Shown here one piece after another: positions 24,535 through 36,770 of a stretch of 64,000 bases of DNA. Positions within the stretch are counted from its first letter, which is position 1, and each line of letters starts with the position of its first letter. Made by a program: the position numbers and the translations under genes. The notes under the pieces are model-generated. The model saw nothing but the letters and a program-made list of their open reading frames with translations. It was not told the DNA's origin and searched no databases. Source of the stretch: Octopus sinensis (lineage: Eukaryota); NCBI RefSeq assembly GCF_006345805.1, contig NC_043000.1, positions 152,086,001 through 152,150,000 of the forward strand. Direction: 5' to 3'.

Positions 24535-25044
24535 CATGTGCAAACCCATTTGCATAGCAGTTAATAAGCCCTCTGTTTGTTTCAAAAAGGAGTATTCCAG
24601 TTTGATGATCTAAACAACTGACTCGTATGATTAACATCTAAGTTGCTGAATATTCCACAGACGTGTGTACTGTGAATGTATTCCTCAGAGTGAAGTAGTG
24701 AAGAGTAAATGAGACTGCTAGTATGACAGGGACAATCATTTTACAACAGTTGTGATGTCAAAATAGTGGTACGTACATAAACAAGCATGGATACAAGGTG
24801 CCATGCAGTAGGATTGAACCCAGAACCATGTGGTAGGTAAGCAAACCACTTACCACACAGCCATACCTGTGTGTATGTGAGACAGTCAGACAGACAAAGC
24901 TGGCTCTTCGAATTACAGTTACTATATATCTAACTTACATTCACAGTTTCTGACTACCCAATTTTATTCAGAGCTTGGGTTGACACACTTTTGGTTAACA
25001 ATACTTGCCGAAAATATCATGCAGTGATAGTGGGCTTAAATATT

Positions 25045-26270
25045 TATGTGAAATGATATTGTAAAAGATTGGATTAAGATGAAGAACTTTCAAACTCAAA
25101 CAAATGCTTCCATGATCTTTTAAAATTCCATCACATTATCATGAAATCATTTGATAAAAAAGAGAAATTGTGGTTTGCAAAAGACCATGTCAAGAGGAAG
25201 CTTAATGACCAACAAAGTTCTGTTAGAAACCACTCAACTATACCTTAATCTGTATATAGAACTTTTTACACATTCATTCATACACAGCTACATCTACAAT
25301 AGGTGTAGAATGGAGTAGCAGAAAAGGGATTCCAGTCCTTAGGCAGGTGAGTACAGTTGTTCAGCTGATTGTTTGGGTTAGGTGGAGGTTAGTATCAACA
25401 ACAGATTGGAGTAATTACGAGAGAGAGAGAAGTTGGAAGGATTAGGTTGCTTTGGTGTGTATTATGTGAGGAAAAGGTGAGCCTCTGTTGGTTTGAAACA
25501 GAAGTGGGTTGTTGATAGAGACGAATGTTAAGGAAGTTGTTTTGCCTTCGGTTAGCTCTGACTGAACAATTGATCAAAGACATTCCAGCCTTGATCATCT
25601 CAAGTTTTTAGAGGCATCTAGAGCTACACTTTCTAATGTTAACTTTCATCTAAGACAGTAGTGGTGTAATTTGTAAGAAACTGATTGCTGTAGATAAGTT
25701 TGAGAAGCTGTGAAGAGGTTTTCTCATTGTGATATGGTAGAAGTGGATTCCAGTGTGGTGAGGATGTTAATTTGGAAGATAAGGACTGAGTATGGCACCA
25801 CCTGTACAGCCATCAATGTTCCTGTTATACAGCTTAGGTTTACTGAGTGAAAATTTGGTAGTCATTGCAATTCTTGTCAGTAGAAAGCACTAGAGAAGAG
25901 GCAGTTGAGTTGGGGGAGGAGTGCCAATCGTGAAAAGGGAGTTGACAATCTTGGTATATTTGGTTCAATGGAATAGGTTCAAGTAGGGAAAATGGAAAGG
26001 CAAGGATTATTGGACTAAAGTTTAGGAATGGAATATAGTGACTATTCAGGGTGCTTTCTGCTGTGAACAGAAGTGAAGGAAATGAGTTTCTGACTGTGAA
26101 GGGTACAACCCTTGGGTGGTTTCTAACAGAACTTTGTTGGTCATTAAGCTTCCTTTTGACATGGTAATTTGCAAACCACAATTTCTCTTCTTTATCAACT
26201 GATTTCATGATAATGTGATGGAATTAAGTTCTTCATCTTAATCCAATCTTTTACAATATCATTTCACATA
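25045..26270. repeat. Inverted duplication (25045-25233 / 26116-26270) around a degenerate retroelement-like core
   Basis: The arms are reverse complements apart from a ~35-nt indel. Confidence 0.85.
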
Positions 26271-26839
26271 TATGTCTGTCCAAGTACTCATTTATATGGA
26301 TGCTAAAAGTCCACTATCTAGATGTTAATATCTCCAAGAGATGAATATCCTGATGTTATTATTCATATTTTTGAGATGGGTAAAAGCATATTGATTCCAT
26401 GATGGTTAGGAATTTATTGGAAAATATGAAAAAAATATGTTGTGAATAACATTAGGTTATATTTGTGTACTGGAGCTGGCTATTATGATTTCATCTCAAT
26501 CATATTCAAAACATTGGATGAAATATGATTTTTTTCCCCCAGAGTTATAATTACACTAAATATTTTTTCTTTGATGCTGAACAGTTTCATATCTTGAATG
26601 ATATTCTGTTCATGTAAACAGAGATAAAAACAGAGCATGAGAGCAATTGAAATTTAATGTGAAAGGAAAAAGCAAAAGCATCTTTGTTATTGACAAATTG
26701 CTGTTGTAGTGGTGCAGTTAAGCTTACATTGCAACCATGTGGATTTGAGTTCTGTCTCACAGCATCTTGGGGTAGTGTCTTCTACTATAGCCCTGGGCTA
26801 ACCAATGCCTTTGACTAAATTTGGTTGATGGAAATTGTA

Positions 26840-26884
<45 letters not shown>

Positions 26885-27480
26885 CAGAAGCAAGAGAGTG
26901 ATGCAAAGGTTGAGAGTTTTGTGCGTTGGTACTTATCACAAATCTCTTGGCCTTTTAGTCACACTGTTGCTTCTGCTAAATATTAGTAAAAATATACATT
27001 TACTCATATTTTGAGTTCTATTTTCTCTGTTTGCATTACTATATATATATATTTATGTGTGTGTGTGTGTGTGTTTGGCTATACACCGCTTGACAATTGG
27101 TGTTGGTTTGTCTATCTCTCTGTAATAAGTACTGGGGTCGATTTGTTTGACTTAAAAAAAACAACCTTTAAGGCAGTACCCCACAGTCATATCACCGAAA
27201 AATAGATGAAAAAAAAAAAAAGCCTTGTCAATACAAGGGAGATAACTCCAAAATATAAATTAAATATTGCGACGGGATTTGCAAGAAAGTGAGTTTATTG
27301 TTTTGTGGGTACAGTGACAACTCTACACGTTTCAGTGTTATCAGACCTCCTCAGTGAAGTATAATCTAACATTTACCTACCAAGCACTAGAATGACCTGA
27401 GAAGATAGTTTTTTTTTCTGTGACCCTCATTTACAGTTTAAATCAATGGCAAAGAAAAATATTTGCCAGTGAAGCATCTT

Positions 27481-28125
27481 GAATCATCATCACCACCATT
27501 TGATATCAGTTTTTCCATGCTGGCATGGGTTGAATGGTTTGACAGGAGATATTAAACCAGAGGACCCTGCCAAGGTCCGTGGTCTGCTTTGGCTTGGCTT
27601 CTATTGGCAGATATCCTTCCTAATTGCCAACCACTTTACAGAGTATACCTGGTTCTTTTTATGTGACACCAACACCAGTGAGGTCTACTTTGGCATGGTT
27701 TCTACACTCGGATGCATCTTTTAATGCTAATCACTTTACAGAGTGCACTGTGTGCTTTCTACATGGCACTGGCACCAAAGAACTCACTTTATTATGTTCC
27801 AACTGCAACATAATAAAGTTAAGTGTAGACTAATATATTGTAACAAGTGTCATTTCATCACCATTACTACTATTTAATGCCCATTGTCTATGCTAGCATG
27901 GGTTGGGCAGTTTGACCAGGGCTGGTAAGTTGAGGGGGCTGCACCAGACTCCAGTCTGACTTGGTACGGTTTCTACAGCTGGATGCCTTTCCTAACACCA
28001 ACCATGCCGAGAGTGTAATGTGTGCTTTTATGTGCCACCAGCATGGGTGCCAGTTGTATGACTCGAATATTTGCCATGACTATGATTTCACTTGGCTTGA
28101 TGGGTCTTCTACTCCAGCACTGTAT
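27481..28125 (-). mobile_element. Two older family C copies (27481-27780, 27860-28125)
   Basis: Diverged reverse-complement terminal modules. Confidence 0.65.
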
Positions 28126-28430
28126 ATTTTGGCTCATTACTTTATGTAGTTCATACTTAACTGTATGTTCTTCATGCAGAAAGCACACCAAGGAAATCTT
28201 CTCATTATTTTAAAGAGTTTGATTATTAAATTATTTTGATACGAAGTGTATCCTCAGGCTGTTCTAATATCTGGTAGGTACTTGTTAGAGTTAATAAAAC
28301 TGAAACATGTCTGGAGTTCTCATTGTAACTAGCAAAGATTATATACACTCCCTACTGCACTCTTCCATCCAATTTTTTAATTAATTTTAGTTTTAGTTTG
28401 ATCTCCCTTGCTTTTCTTGGACAAGAATTG

Positions 28431-28860
28431 GCACAGGTATGGCTCTGTGGTAAGAAGGTTGTTTCACTACTATATGGTTCTGCAAAGCACCTTTGGGGAA
28501 GTGTCTTTCTATTTCTTTACTACCCACAAGGGGCCAAACATAGAGTTGACAAACAAGGACAGACAAATGGATTAAGTCGATTACATTGACCCCAGTGCGC
28601 AACTGGTACTTAATTTATCGACCCCAAAAGGATGAAAGGCAAAGTCGACCTCGGTGGAATTTGAACTCACAATTTAACAGCAGACGAAATACTGCTAGGC
28701 ATTTCGCCCGGTGTGCTAATGTTTCTGCCGCCTCGCCACCTTTTTTGGGGAAGTGTCTTTCGCTACAGCTCCAAGCTGATCAAAACCTTGTGAGTGGTTA
28801 TGATAGGCAGAAACTGAAAGAAGCCTGTCAGGAATCCATGTTTATGTATATGCTGTGTTT
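28431..28860 (+). mobile_element. SINE family A, degraded, host of a nested SINE-B
   Basis: Head at 28431 resumes at 28744 after the insertion. Confidence 0.7.
28510..28743 (-). mobile_element. SINE family B nested in SINE-A
   Basis: 18-bp TSD tttggggaagtgtctttc (28492-28509, 28744-28761). Confidence 0.88.
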
Positions 28861-29269
28861 AGGCATCACATGATTGTTGTAAAACAATTGTCACTGTTAT
28901 ACCAGCCATCGCATTCATTTTTGATATTCTATAAGATGTCTGGTTATGAAGAAATATTACCTTGCTGGAAACAAGTGAGTGTTGGTAAGTGGAAGGGCAT
29001 CCAGCCCCCTAGAAAAACAGCCTCAGTAAACTCTGTTCAACCCATGTAAGCTTGGAAAAGTAGACATTAAAATAACTAATGATTCTACTTTTCATTACAA
29101 GTGTAAATTTCAATTGATTAAAAGTGCTTTCTGATTCACTATATCAAGCATGTTACCTTGCACATAGCTATTTGTTCTTCATACAGAAGGCATCCCTGGA
29201 AAATTTTCTGGTGTCATTACTTAGTTACTTGCATAACACTTGCATAATTCTGAAATACTTTGTTGATTA

Positions 29270-29805
29270 ACCTATGTCACGCTGGTGAGACCCATATTGG
29301 AGTATGGGATTCAAGCCTCTTCTCCTTATCTCCTCAAAGACATACAGCATCTTGAAAGAGTCCAGAAGCTGTCTACCCGCATGGTTCATGGTCTCAAAAA
29401 TTTGTCTTATGAAGAAAGGCTGAGGACGCTCGACCTTTACTCTCTTGAAAAAAGCCGCCGCCGTAGTGATCTCATTCTCGCCCACAACATCATAAGCGGA
29501 AAGTGTAACCTCTCGAAAGAGCTGTTCTTCACTCCTGCTCCAGAGCATCGGCTGCAGGGTCATTCCGAAAAGCTCTACCTGCGACGATTTCATCTCAATC
29601 GAAGGAGAGGAGCTTTCTCTGTCCGGGTTGCGGATCCGTGGAACGAGATGGTGAAGATGCCGACGAACGCTTTGTTCAAAGTCTCCCTTCACCTCAAGTG
29701 GCCTGAACTCTTTACATGAACACCACCCTGTACTTAACTCCATGTCCCCCTACATGGCCTTGCTATTTGCTTTTGAGCCAAAAATTAACTAACTAACTAA
29801 CTAAC
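29270..29805 (+). mobile_element. 5'-truncated CR1-clade LINE with (TAAC)n tail
   Basis: VRPILEYGIQASSPYLLKDIQHLERVQK...SYEERLRTLDLYSLEKSRRRSDLI...AFSVRVADPWN, then aactaactaactaac. Confidence 0.9.
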
Positions 29806-30327
29806 TTGTCTATTTGAAAGTTCAGTTGTCAGGAATAAGAAGGACAGTGAGCTATAAAAGCACTTATTTTAAACCAGACACGGGCAACCTTTTTTAAGAA
29901 GCAGACCATGAGATGTGGTTCATTATCAAGCTGCTAAAAAAATTCAAGCTAATTTTTTGTTGATGTGCCATTCAAAAAGTTTTGCAGTTTGCCCATGACC
30001 GATTTAAACAGTGAACAAAATTTCTATGCCACCACTTTTCCTCTATGCATCTCAACATGGAAAAATTAACTTAAAAAAATAGAAATATTAAATAAAAAAT
30101 AATAAAGGTAGAAAATATGATGAATGTCAAATAGTTGAATGTGCATTAAATCCCCAAAAATGGTGTTGCTGTATGATCAATTATACAGCTTACTTTGGAT
30201 ACCTTTGCTCTCTAACCTTAATTGCAATTATTCCTGTGTTTTTTATATTTTTAATTTCTTTTAGCAACTTTCAATGGAAGAATGGCTTCTAAACATTATA
30301 GCATAACAAAAAGGTTTCTATTGTGTA

Positions 30328-30713
30328 CTAGCAGTATCGCCCAGCGTTGCTCGGGTTTGTAAGGGAAATAACTATAAAGCATTTTTAGAGAGTTATAGCC
30401 AAAAAATGCATTAAAAATGGAAAAAAAATGATGGTAAATTTTTTTAAAAATCGTTGACTAATCGTAGACATTTTTAGAGAGTTACTTCCCTTATATAATA
30501 GCGAAAAAATGCATTAAAATCGAAAAAAATGATGGTAAATTATTTTTAAAGTCGTAGACTCATCGTAGACACGCGCTAATACCCAGAAGGGCTCGATATG
30601 AATCACAACTATAAGATACCCGGTTTTGGTTAAACTGCACCGCAAAATGTGGGAGTAGTTAGGAATCTAAATCGTAGGAGACAGACACACAACCTTACTT
30701 TTATATATAAAGA
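30328..30713 (-). mobile_element. Non-autonomous Helitron-like element with internal tandem duplication
   Basis: Same termini; the tttttagagagtta...gatggtaaatttttt block is present twice. Confidence 0.8.
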
Positions 30714-30789
30714 TATGCTTTAATGGTTGATGAGGATTTCTATTTTCTTGAGAAGACATGAAGCTGATTGAAATTGTAGTCACGGCCAG

Positions 30790-31508
30790 TGTTGGTGATA
30801 CATAAAGGGCACTTGTACCAGTGACGTGTAAAAGACACCCAGTACACTGTATTGGGTGGTTGGTGTTATGAAGGGTGTTTGGCCCTAGAAATCAAACCAA
30901 AACAGACTGTAGCCTGGTGCAATTCTCTGGTGTACCAGCTCTTGTGAAAACCATCTTACCCATGCCAACATGGAAAATGGATGCTAAATGATGACGATGA
31001 TGATGAAGTCTACCATTTTATCAAATAACTGATGATGTAATGCTCCTTTACAGCTTTTCTTCTCTGTAAATATTTTTAAGGTTATGCTCTTTGGGCAAAT
31101 TTGATATCTCTTGGAGAAATGTACAACCTTTGCATTCAGTGGATTTGGTTATGAGATCCAGTCTCACAGAAGTATTCACTTGCTTTTATTGTTCTTGGCA
31201 TGTAAAAAGTACCATCCGATCGTGGCCATTGCCAGCCTCGCCTGGCCCCCGTGCCGGTGGCACATAAAAAGCACCATCCGTCCGTGGCCGTTTGCCAGCT
31301 CTGTCTGGCACCTGTGTGGGTGGCACGTAAAAAGCACCCACTACACTCACGGAGTGGTTGGCGTTAGGAAGGGCATCCAGCCGTAGAAACATTACCAGAT
31401 CAGACTGGGCCTGATGCAGCCTTGTGGCTTCACAGACCCCAGTTGAACCGTCCAACCCATGCTAGCATGGAAAGCAGACACTAAATGATGATGATGATGA
31501 TGATGATC
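30790..31508 (+). mobile_element. Two family C copies (30790-31005 old, 31195-31508 young)
   Basis: Terminal modules with (GAT)n tails. Confidence 0.8.
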
Positions 31509-31581
31509 CACATGATGTAAAAATTTCATTTATTACTTATTACTTCAATAGACAGTGATGGATATTTTATGTTTGGTGGAT

Positions 31582-31960
31582 CAACTTCAGCTTTCAGTCT
31601 GTAGGGAAAACGACCATTCGTAAGGAGTTGCTGAAGATGAAGGCGATGGAGATGGAGAACGGAGATGGTTGAAAGGATGGCGTTGATGCTGCTGTAGCAT
31701 GGCTGGCTGGTCTGGTCTGGTCGTCTGTCACTGGAACTAGCAGAGTCGCTCTGTGGTCAGAGGTTAGTCCTGAAAAGGACTGGAACCTAAGACGAGAAAT
31801 CGTGATTTGCTGGCACCTTTTATAACCTGAGGTGGGCTCCAGTGAAACCCCCAAAAGACTGTGTCATGGGACCTTATCCGAAGGTTATGATTGGTTGGCT
31901 TACACACTGGTGCGAAATAAGTCAAGAGACAAACTGTGCCAATGTCAACCAATCAGAGTA
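31582..31960 (-). mobile_element. Degenerate Penelope-like 3' end with a decayed hammerhead motif
   Basis: Weak GIY-YIG C-terminal-like translation (SRLRFQSFSGLT), followed on the minus strand by caactc-CTTACGA-atg-gtc..gac-t-GAAA-gcT-gaagttg. Confidence 0.45.
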
Positions 31961-32260
31961 GTGGACACAACAAGGTCAAAATAGCCAAAGATGGTTGCTA
32001 TCTAACACGAGATCATTTCTAATATATCTCTCAAACAGTGAGGATATTACCTAGGTACGCTACAAGTCTTTTGGTGCTAACAATGCTATGTATGTACTGT
32101 AGTCAATTTACTCAGTTGTATCTCTCTTTTATAAATGACTTTGTTCTGCCCTAAATAAAACGCTTAGTTGTCATAAATGATAAATTCTACATTTTGAGTT
32201 CAAATTCTTCAGGAACCAGCTTTGTCTTCAGTCAACCTAATAACTTTCTCTTAGAAGAAT

Positions 32261-32600
32261 CTGGGACCCCCTTCGGTCATGACACTGACCATGGGATTGC
32301 ACCTAGAAAGTTACCCTCCTAGTCACAAGTCTGGGCATGGTTGTTTATGGAAGACCAGCAGTCGCTCATGCATACCGGCCTCTTCTCTCCACGTCACCGA
32401 TGTTATCCAAGGGAAAGGCAAAGGGGCCGATACAGCTTGGCACTCGTGACGTCGCAATTCATTTCTACAGCTGAGTGAACTGGAGCAACGTGAAATAAAG
32501 TGTCTTGCTCAAGAACACAACACGCAGCCCGGTCCGGGATTCGAGCTCACAACCTCACGATTGTAAGCTCGACGCTCTAACCACTGAGCCATGCGCCTTC
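32261..32600 (-). mobile_element. tRNA-derived CORE-type SINE, full length
   Basis: ggcgcatggctcagtggttagagcg..gagctcgaatcccgg head, CORE-like tgtgttcttgagcaagacacttta..ccagttcactcagctgtagaaatg, and an 11-bp TSD cttagaagaat. Confidence 0.88.
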
Positions 32601-32824
32601 CTTAGAAGAATAGCAAGCCCTGATACATTCTACACTTCTCACAGCAATTGAATTGGTCAAACTCTCTTTCTTATGAATTCTGGTTGATGCAAAGCATCAC
32701 TAGTTGTCTTAGATTCTGGATTTTATTAATATTATATTAGGAAGGATTTGGTTATTCTTTCCCTTCTCTAGAAAAGTTAATTAATGCCCAATTAACAAAT
32801 TTTTTTCATACCAAGTCATCTAAA

Positions 32825-33043
32825 CCCTTTAGTATTTAAACCGGCCATATCCGGCCAAAATATTTAATCTGTTTTATGTTCAAACTGACCAAATCCAGGC
32901 GCCCACACCTACCCTACAATGTTATTCTACATTAAGTAATTACACCATCAAGATCTTGAAGATATGAGATAATGCATGATTAATTCAAATCAATGTGAAT
33001 CAATAAGCATTATGTTTGATTGAATAATCAGAACACTAAAGGG
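32825..33043. mobile_element. piggyBac-like MITE (family 2)
   Basis: Collinear with 20799-21004. Right TTAA intact, left degenerate (TAAA). Confidence 0.8.
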
Positions 33044-33354
33044 TTAATCTTTCACCACTTGAAGGTTCAGTTTTACAATACTATTGTAACACACACATAC
33101 AGCTAAGTAGACTGAGTCACAAAAAATTAACTAGTTTGGCTACAAACACAGCACAGTGGAGATGAATTGCTAGCCTTTTGATAACTGGGTACCTGATTAC
33201 ATTGGCTATTTTCAACTCGTGAATATTAATAGTCCACCATAAGCTAAGTGAAATAGTCACAAAGCTGAGCACACTGCATGCACAGAAACTAATTAAAAAA
33301 AAAAAACACCAACAAATTTGAAATCATTATGTAATGAGCAGCTTCTTAACCTAT

Positions 33355-33747
33355 ACTCTTTTACTTGTTTCAGTCATTTTGACTGCGGCCATGCTGGAGC
33401 ACCGCCTTTAGTCGAGCAAATCGACCCCGGGACTTATTCTTTGTAAGCCCAGTACTTATTCTATCGGTCTGTTTTGCCGAACCGCTAAGTGACGGGGATG
33501 TAAACACACCAGCATCGGTTGTCAAGCGATGCTAGGGGTACAAACACAGACACACAAACATATACATATATATATATATACATATATACAACAGGCTTCT
33601 TTCAGTTTCCGTCTACCAAATCCACTCACAAGGCATTGGTCGGCCCGGGGCTATAGCAGAAGACATTTGCCCAAGATGCTGCGCAGTGGGACTGAACCCG
33701 GAACCATGTGGTTGGTTAGCAAGCTACTTACCACACAGCCATTTCCT
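33355..33747 (-). mobile_element. SINE family A, full length
   Basis: Reverse complement of the family A consensus. Confidence 0.9.
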
Positions 33748-34167
33748 ATTTTGTTTTATTACAGATTCTGCTATGATACCAGAAGAAGGCAGATGCTACA
33801 GGCTTTTTACAAGCTTAATAGGTTCTAATATCATTTCCCTAGTTGTCTTAAGAACATATGGTATACACCACTATCCTTGTTTGTGATACATGTTCCTACA
33901 GCAATTAAAGAACTGGGTTAGGGTAATTATGAGTGCCATGACAAGCTGTCATCAGGTTGTATGAGCATGAGTTTCTATGAAATAGGAGGCTTACTATTGA
34001 ATCTGTAATAATAGAAAACAAGATTATAATACCTAAATTTCTCTATCATAATTGTAATTAATTAAAACTGTACTGTTTTAATTAATTAAAATTGTACTGA
34101 ATTTTTAAAAATACCAACTTGGACAATTTAGCAAACCTTGTGTCAAAGAAATTAACCTCTGCTTTAA

Positions 34168-34387
34168 CCCTTTCGTTACCAATCTGGCTGAAACCGGCTC
34201 TGGCTCTGAGTACAAATGTCTTGTTTTCTTAAGTATTGAACTAAAATCTTCCACCAAATCTTAGTCACAATTTATGTTCCTAACACTAGCTTAATGATAA
34301 CCAAGTTATTTTACTAAATTCTTTGTTATATTTAAAGTAATTGAAAGAAACACAGAGCATCCCAAAATAAATATAGTAATAAAAGGG
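34168..34387. mobile_element. piggyBac-like MITE (family 1)
   Basis: TTAA TSD, CCCTTTCGTTAC...GTAATAAAAGGG termini, 220 bp. Confidence 0.85.
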
Positions 34388-34505
34388 TTAAGGCTCACAA
34401 AGAACTTATAACCTGAAGAATAAGTTAAAGGGAAAAGAGAGAAAAGCAATTGATTGTTGGTTAATTTTCTTCATTATTATTTTAAAATTGATTTTGATGT
34501 ATATA

Positions 34506-34915
34506 GGCACAGGAGTGGCTGTGTGGTAAGTAGCTTGCTAACCAACCACATGGTTCCGGGTTCAGTCCCACTGCGTGGCATCTTGGGCAAGTGTCTTCTG
34601 CTATAGCCCTGGGCCGACCAATGCCTTGTGAGTGAATTTGGGAGATGGAAACTGAAAGAAGCCTGTCGTATATATGTATATATATATAAGTGTGTGTGTA
34701 TATGTTTGTGTGTCTGTGTTTGTTCCCCCTAGCATTGCTTGATAACCGATGCTGGTGTGTTTACGTCCCCGTAACTTAGCGGTTCGGCAAAAGAGACTGA
34801 TAGAATAAGTACTGGGCTTACAAAGAATAAGTCCCGGGGTCGATTTGCTCGACTAAAGGCGGTGCTCCAGCATGGCCACAGTCAAATGACTGAAACAAGT
34901 AAAAGAGTAAAGAGT
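34506..34915 (+). mobile_element. SINE family A, full length
   Basis: Collinear, ends aagtaaaagagtaaagagta. Confidence 0.9.
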
Positions 34916-35179
34916 ATATGTTTCAAGTGTCTGTAATTTAGTATACTTAATTTTACTACTGGAAGTATAGTGTGAGCTTATAGTCTTTATTTCCCCTACT
35001 GTCTATTTGAGAGCACGTGGGTGTTATCAATATCCCAGATGGCAAGGGTTCAAAAAAGGCTCATCTTGCTCAGTGTTAGCATATAGTCTTTCATACATAA
35101 AGAGCCCCCAAAAATCTCATTAAGCATTTTTTCTAATGCACTAACAATTCTACCATATCACTTGCCTTAATAAATGAAA

Positions 35180-35400
35180 TAATGGTTTCAAATTTTGCCA
35201 CAAGGACAGAAATTTTGGGGGAGGGGGTGAGTCAATTTTGTCAACCCCAGTGTTCAACTGGTACTTATTTTATCGACCCCTAAAGGACGAAAAATAAACT
35301 TTACCTCAGTGGAATTTGAACTCAGAACATAGTGACAAGTGAAATACTGCTAAGCATTTTGTCCGGCACTCTAACAGTTCTGCCAGCTTGCTGCCTTCAA
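35180..35400 (-). mobile_element. SINE family B variant (degraded relatives at about 10960-11150 and 36840-37030)
   Basis: Reverse complement of the SINE-B head and body with the alternative tail aaatttt..ccttgtggc. Confidence 0.75.
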
Positions 35401-35484
35401 TAAATGAAATAATGTTAACAACGATGGTGTTAGAAGTTGTATTTGTAAAAAGTGTTGAAGTATTTTGAAAGTAACAATGATTGT

Positions 35485-35620
35485 CACTTAGCGGTTCGGC
35501 AAAAAGAGACTGATAGAATAAAGTACTGGGCTTACAAAGAATAAGTCCCGGGGCCGATTTGCTCGACTAAAGGCGGTGCTCCAGCATGGCCGCAGTCAAA
35601 TGACTGAAACAAGTAAAAAA
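35485..35620 (+). mobile_element. SINE family A, 3' fragment (another ~60-nt tail at 35958-36018)
   Basis: acttagcggttcggc...ccagcatggccgcagtcaaatgactgaaac. Confidence 0.85.
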
Positions 35621-36091
35621 ATTGTGATAGTCTTGGCAACAATCCTAACAATGATAATAAAAGCAATGACAGAATCATAATTATAGAAATATTAAGAACC
35701 AAATGTCATTAACATCATACCAGTAAAATGAAAATAATACTGGTAACAATAAAAGTGGTAACAACAGCAATAATAATGATGATGTTGATGATGGTAATAA
35801 GACAACAACCCACATTACACATCATGCACAATAGAGCAAACACTACTACTATAACAAGAAATGACAAACTAGGCCCCCAAAACAAAACAAAATGATGCAG
35901 TGTGCCAACATGAGAAGTCTGTACAGTCCCCACAAAATTCCTGCAAAAATATGAACAGAAGGCGGTGCTCCAGCATGGCCGCAGTCAAATGACTGAAACA
36001 AGTAAAAGAGTAAAAGAGAATGCTGCATACACCTTAGGAACATGAAGGTCCACTGCGTGATACAGCTAAACTAAAGAGAAACTACTGAATA

Positions 36092-36122
<31 letters not shown>

Positions 36123-36126
<4 letters not shown>

Positions 36127-36497
36127 CTGTTGTCATAGGTGCCCTGGGAATGATAGCAAAAGGGGCTGATAGCTACCCAACTCAGATACCAGGAAACCCA
36201 AAAATGGCAGAAATTCAAAAGATAGTGCTCATGGGAACTGCTCATATCCTACGCAAAATACTTTCTATGTAATCTCAAGGTTTAAAACAAACATAATTTT
36301 CGGTTTAAAAAAAAAAAAAAAAATTTTTTAATTATTTTTTTTTTAAGACATTCATTAGTACAACACCAAAAACTCCCCCCTAAATATATGGCACACTAGG
36401 CATAACAACAACATGAACTTCCAACCTGTTGTCTCTTGGGGTCTCTGGGTGAGACTTGGAGCCAACTTGTACAAATATAAAGCAAAACTCAAACATA

Positions 36498-36500
<3 letters not shown>
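36123..36500 (+). mobile_element. 5'-truncated R4/Dong-clade non-LTR element in an (AAT)n microsatellite
   Basis: IPVVIGALGMIAKG...EIQKIVLMGTAHILRKILSM* is the typical R4/Dong C-terminus. (AAT)n lies on both sides (about 36089-36123 and 36498-36570). Confidence 0.82.
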
Positions 36501-36536
<36 letters not shown>

Positions 36537-36611
36537 CAATAATAATGATAATAATGATAATGATAATAATTCTTTCTACTATAAATACAAGCTCTAAAAA
36601 TTTTTTTTTTC

Positions 36612-36770
36612 TTCTCCTTTCAAATTTGCTTCCATTTCTTGCCGAGTGTCTTCCCGACTCCTAGGGCAAAGAAACTCAGAGAAACTCATACCAATGTATA
36701 CTATGAGTTTCTTTGCCCTAGGAGTCGGGAAGACACTCGGCAAGAAATGGAAGCAAATTTGAAAGGAGAA
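36612..36770. repeat. Perfect 67-bp inverted repeat with 25-nt spacer
   Basis: 36612-36678 is the exact reverse complement of 36704-36770. Confidence 0.95.

Noticed and set aside
27318-27360. Hammerhead-like CTGAGGA..GAAACGTGTA on the minus strand
   Set aside because: Stem I and stem II do not pair well. At best a heavily decayed motif.
32520-32600. tRNA-like heads (also 11790, 17060-17180, 17955) as real tRNA genes
   Set aside because: Each continues into a SINE body, lacks a clean acceptor stem and poly-T terminator, and in two cases has a TSD.
35849-35950. Exon-like hydrophobic frame GILWGLYRLLMLAHCIILFCFGGLVCHFLL* on the minus strand
   Set aside because: Single weak acceptor, no partner exons or recognisable family, and it lies among repeat debris.
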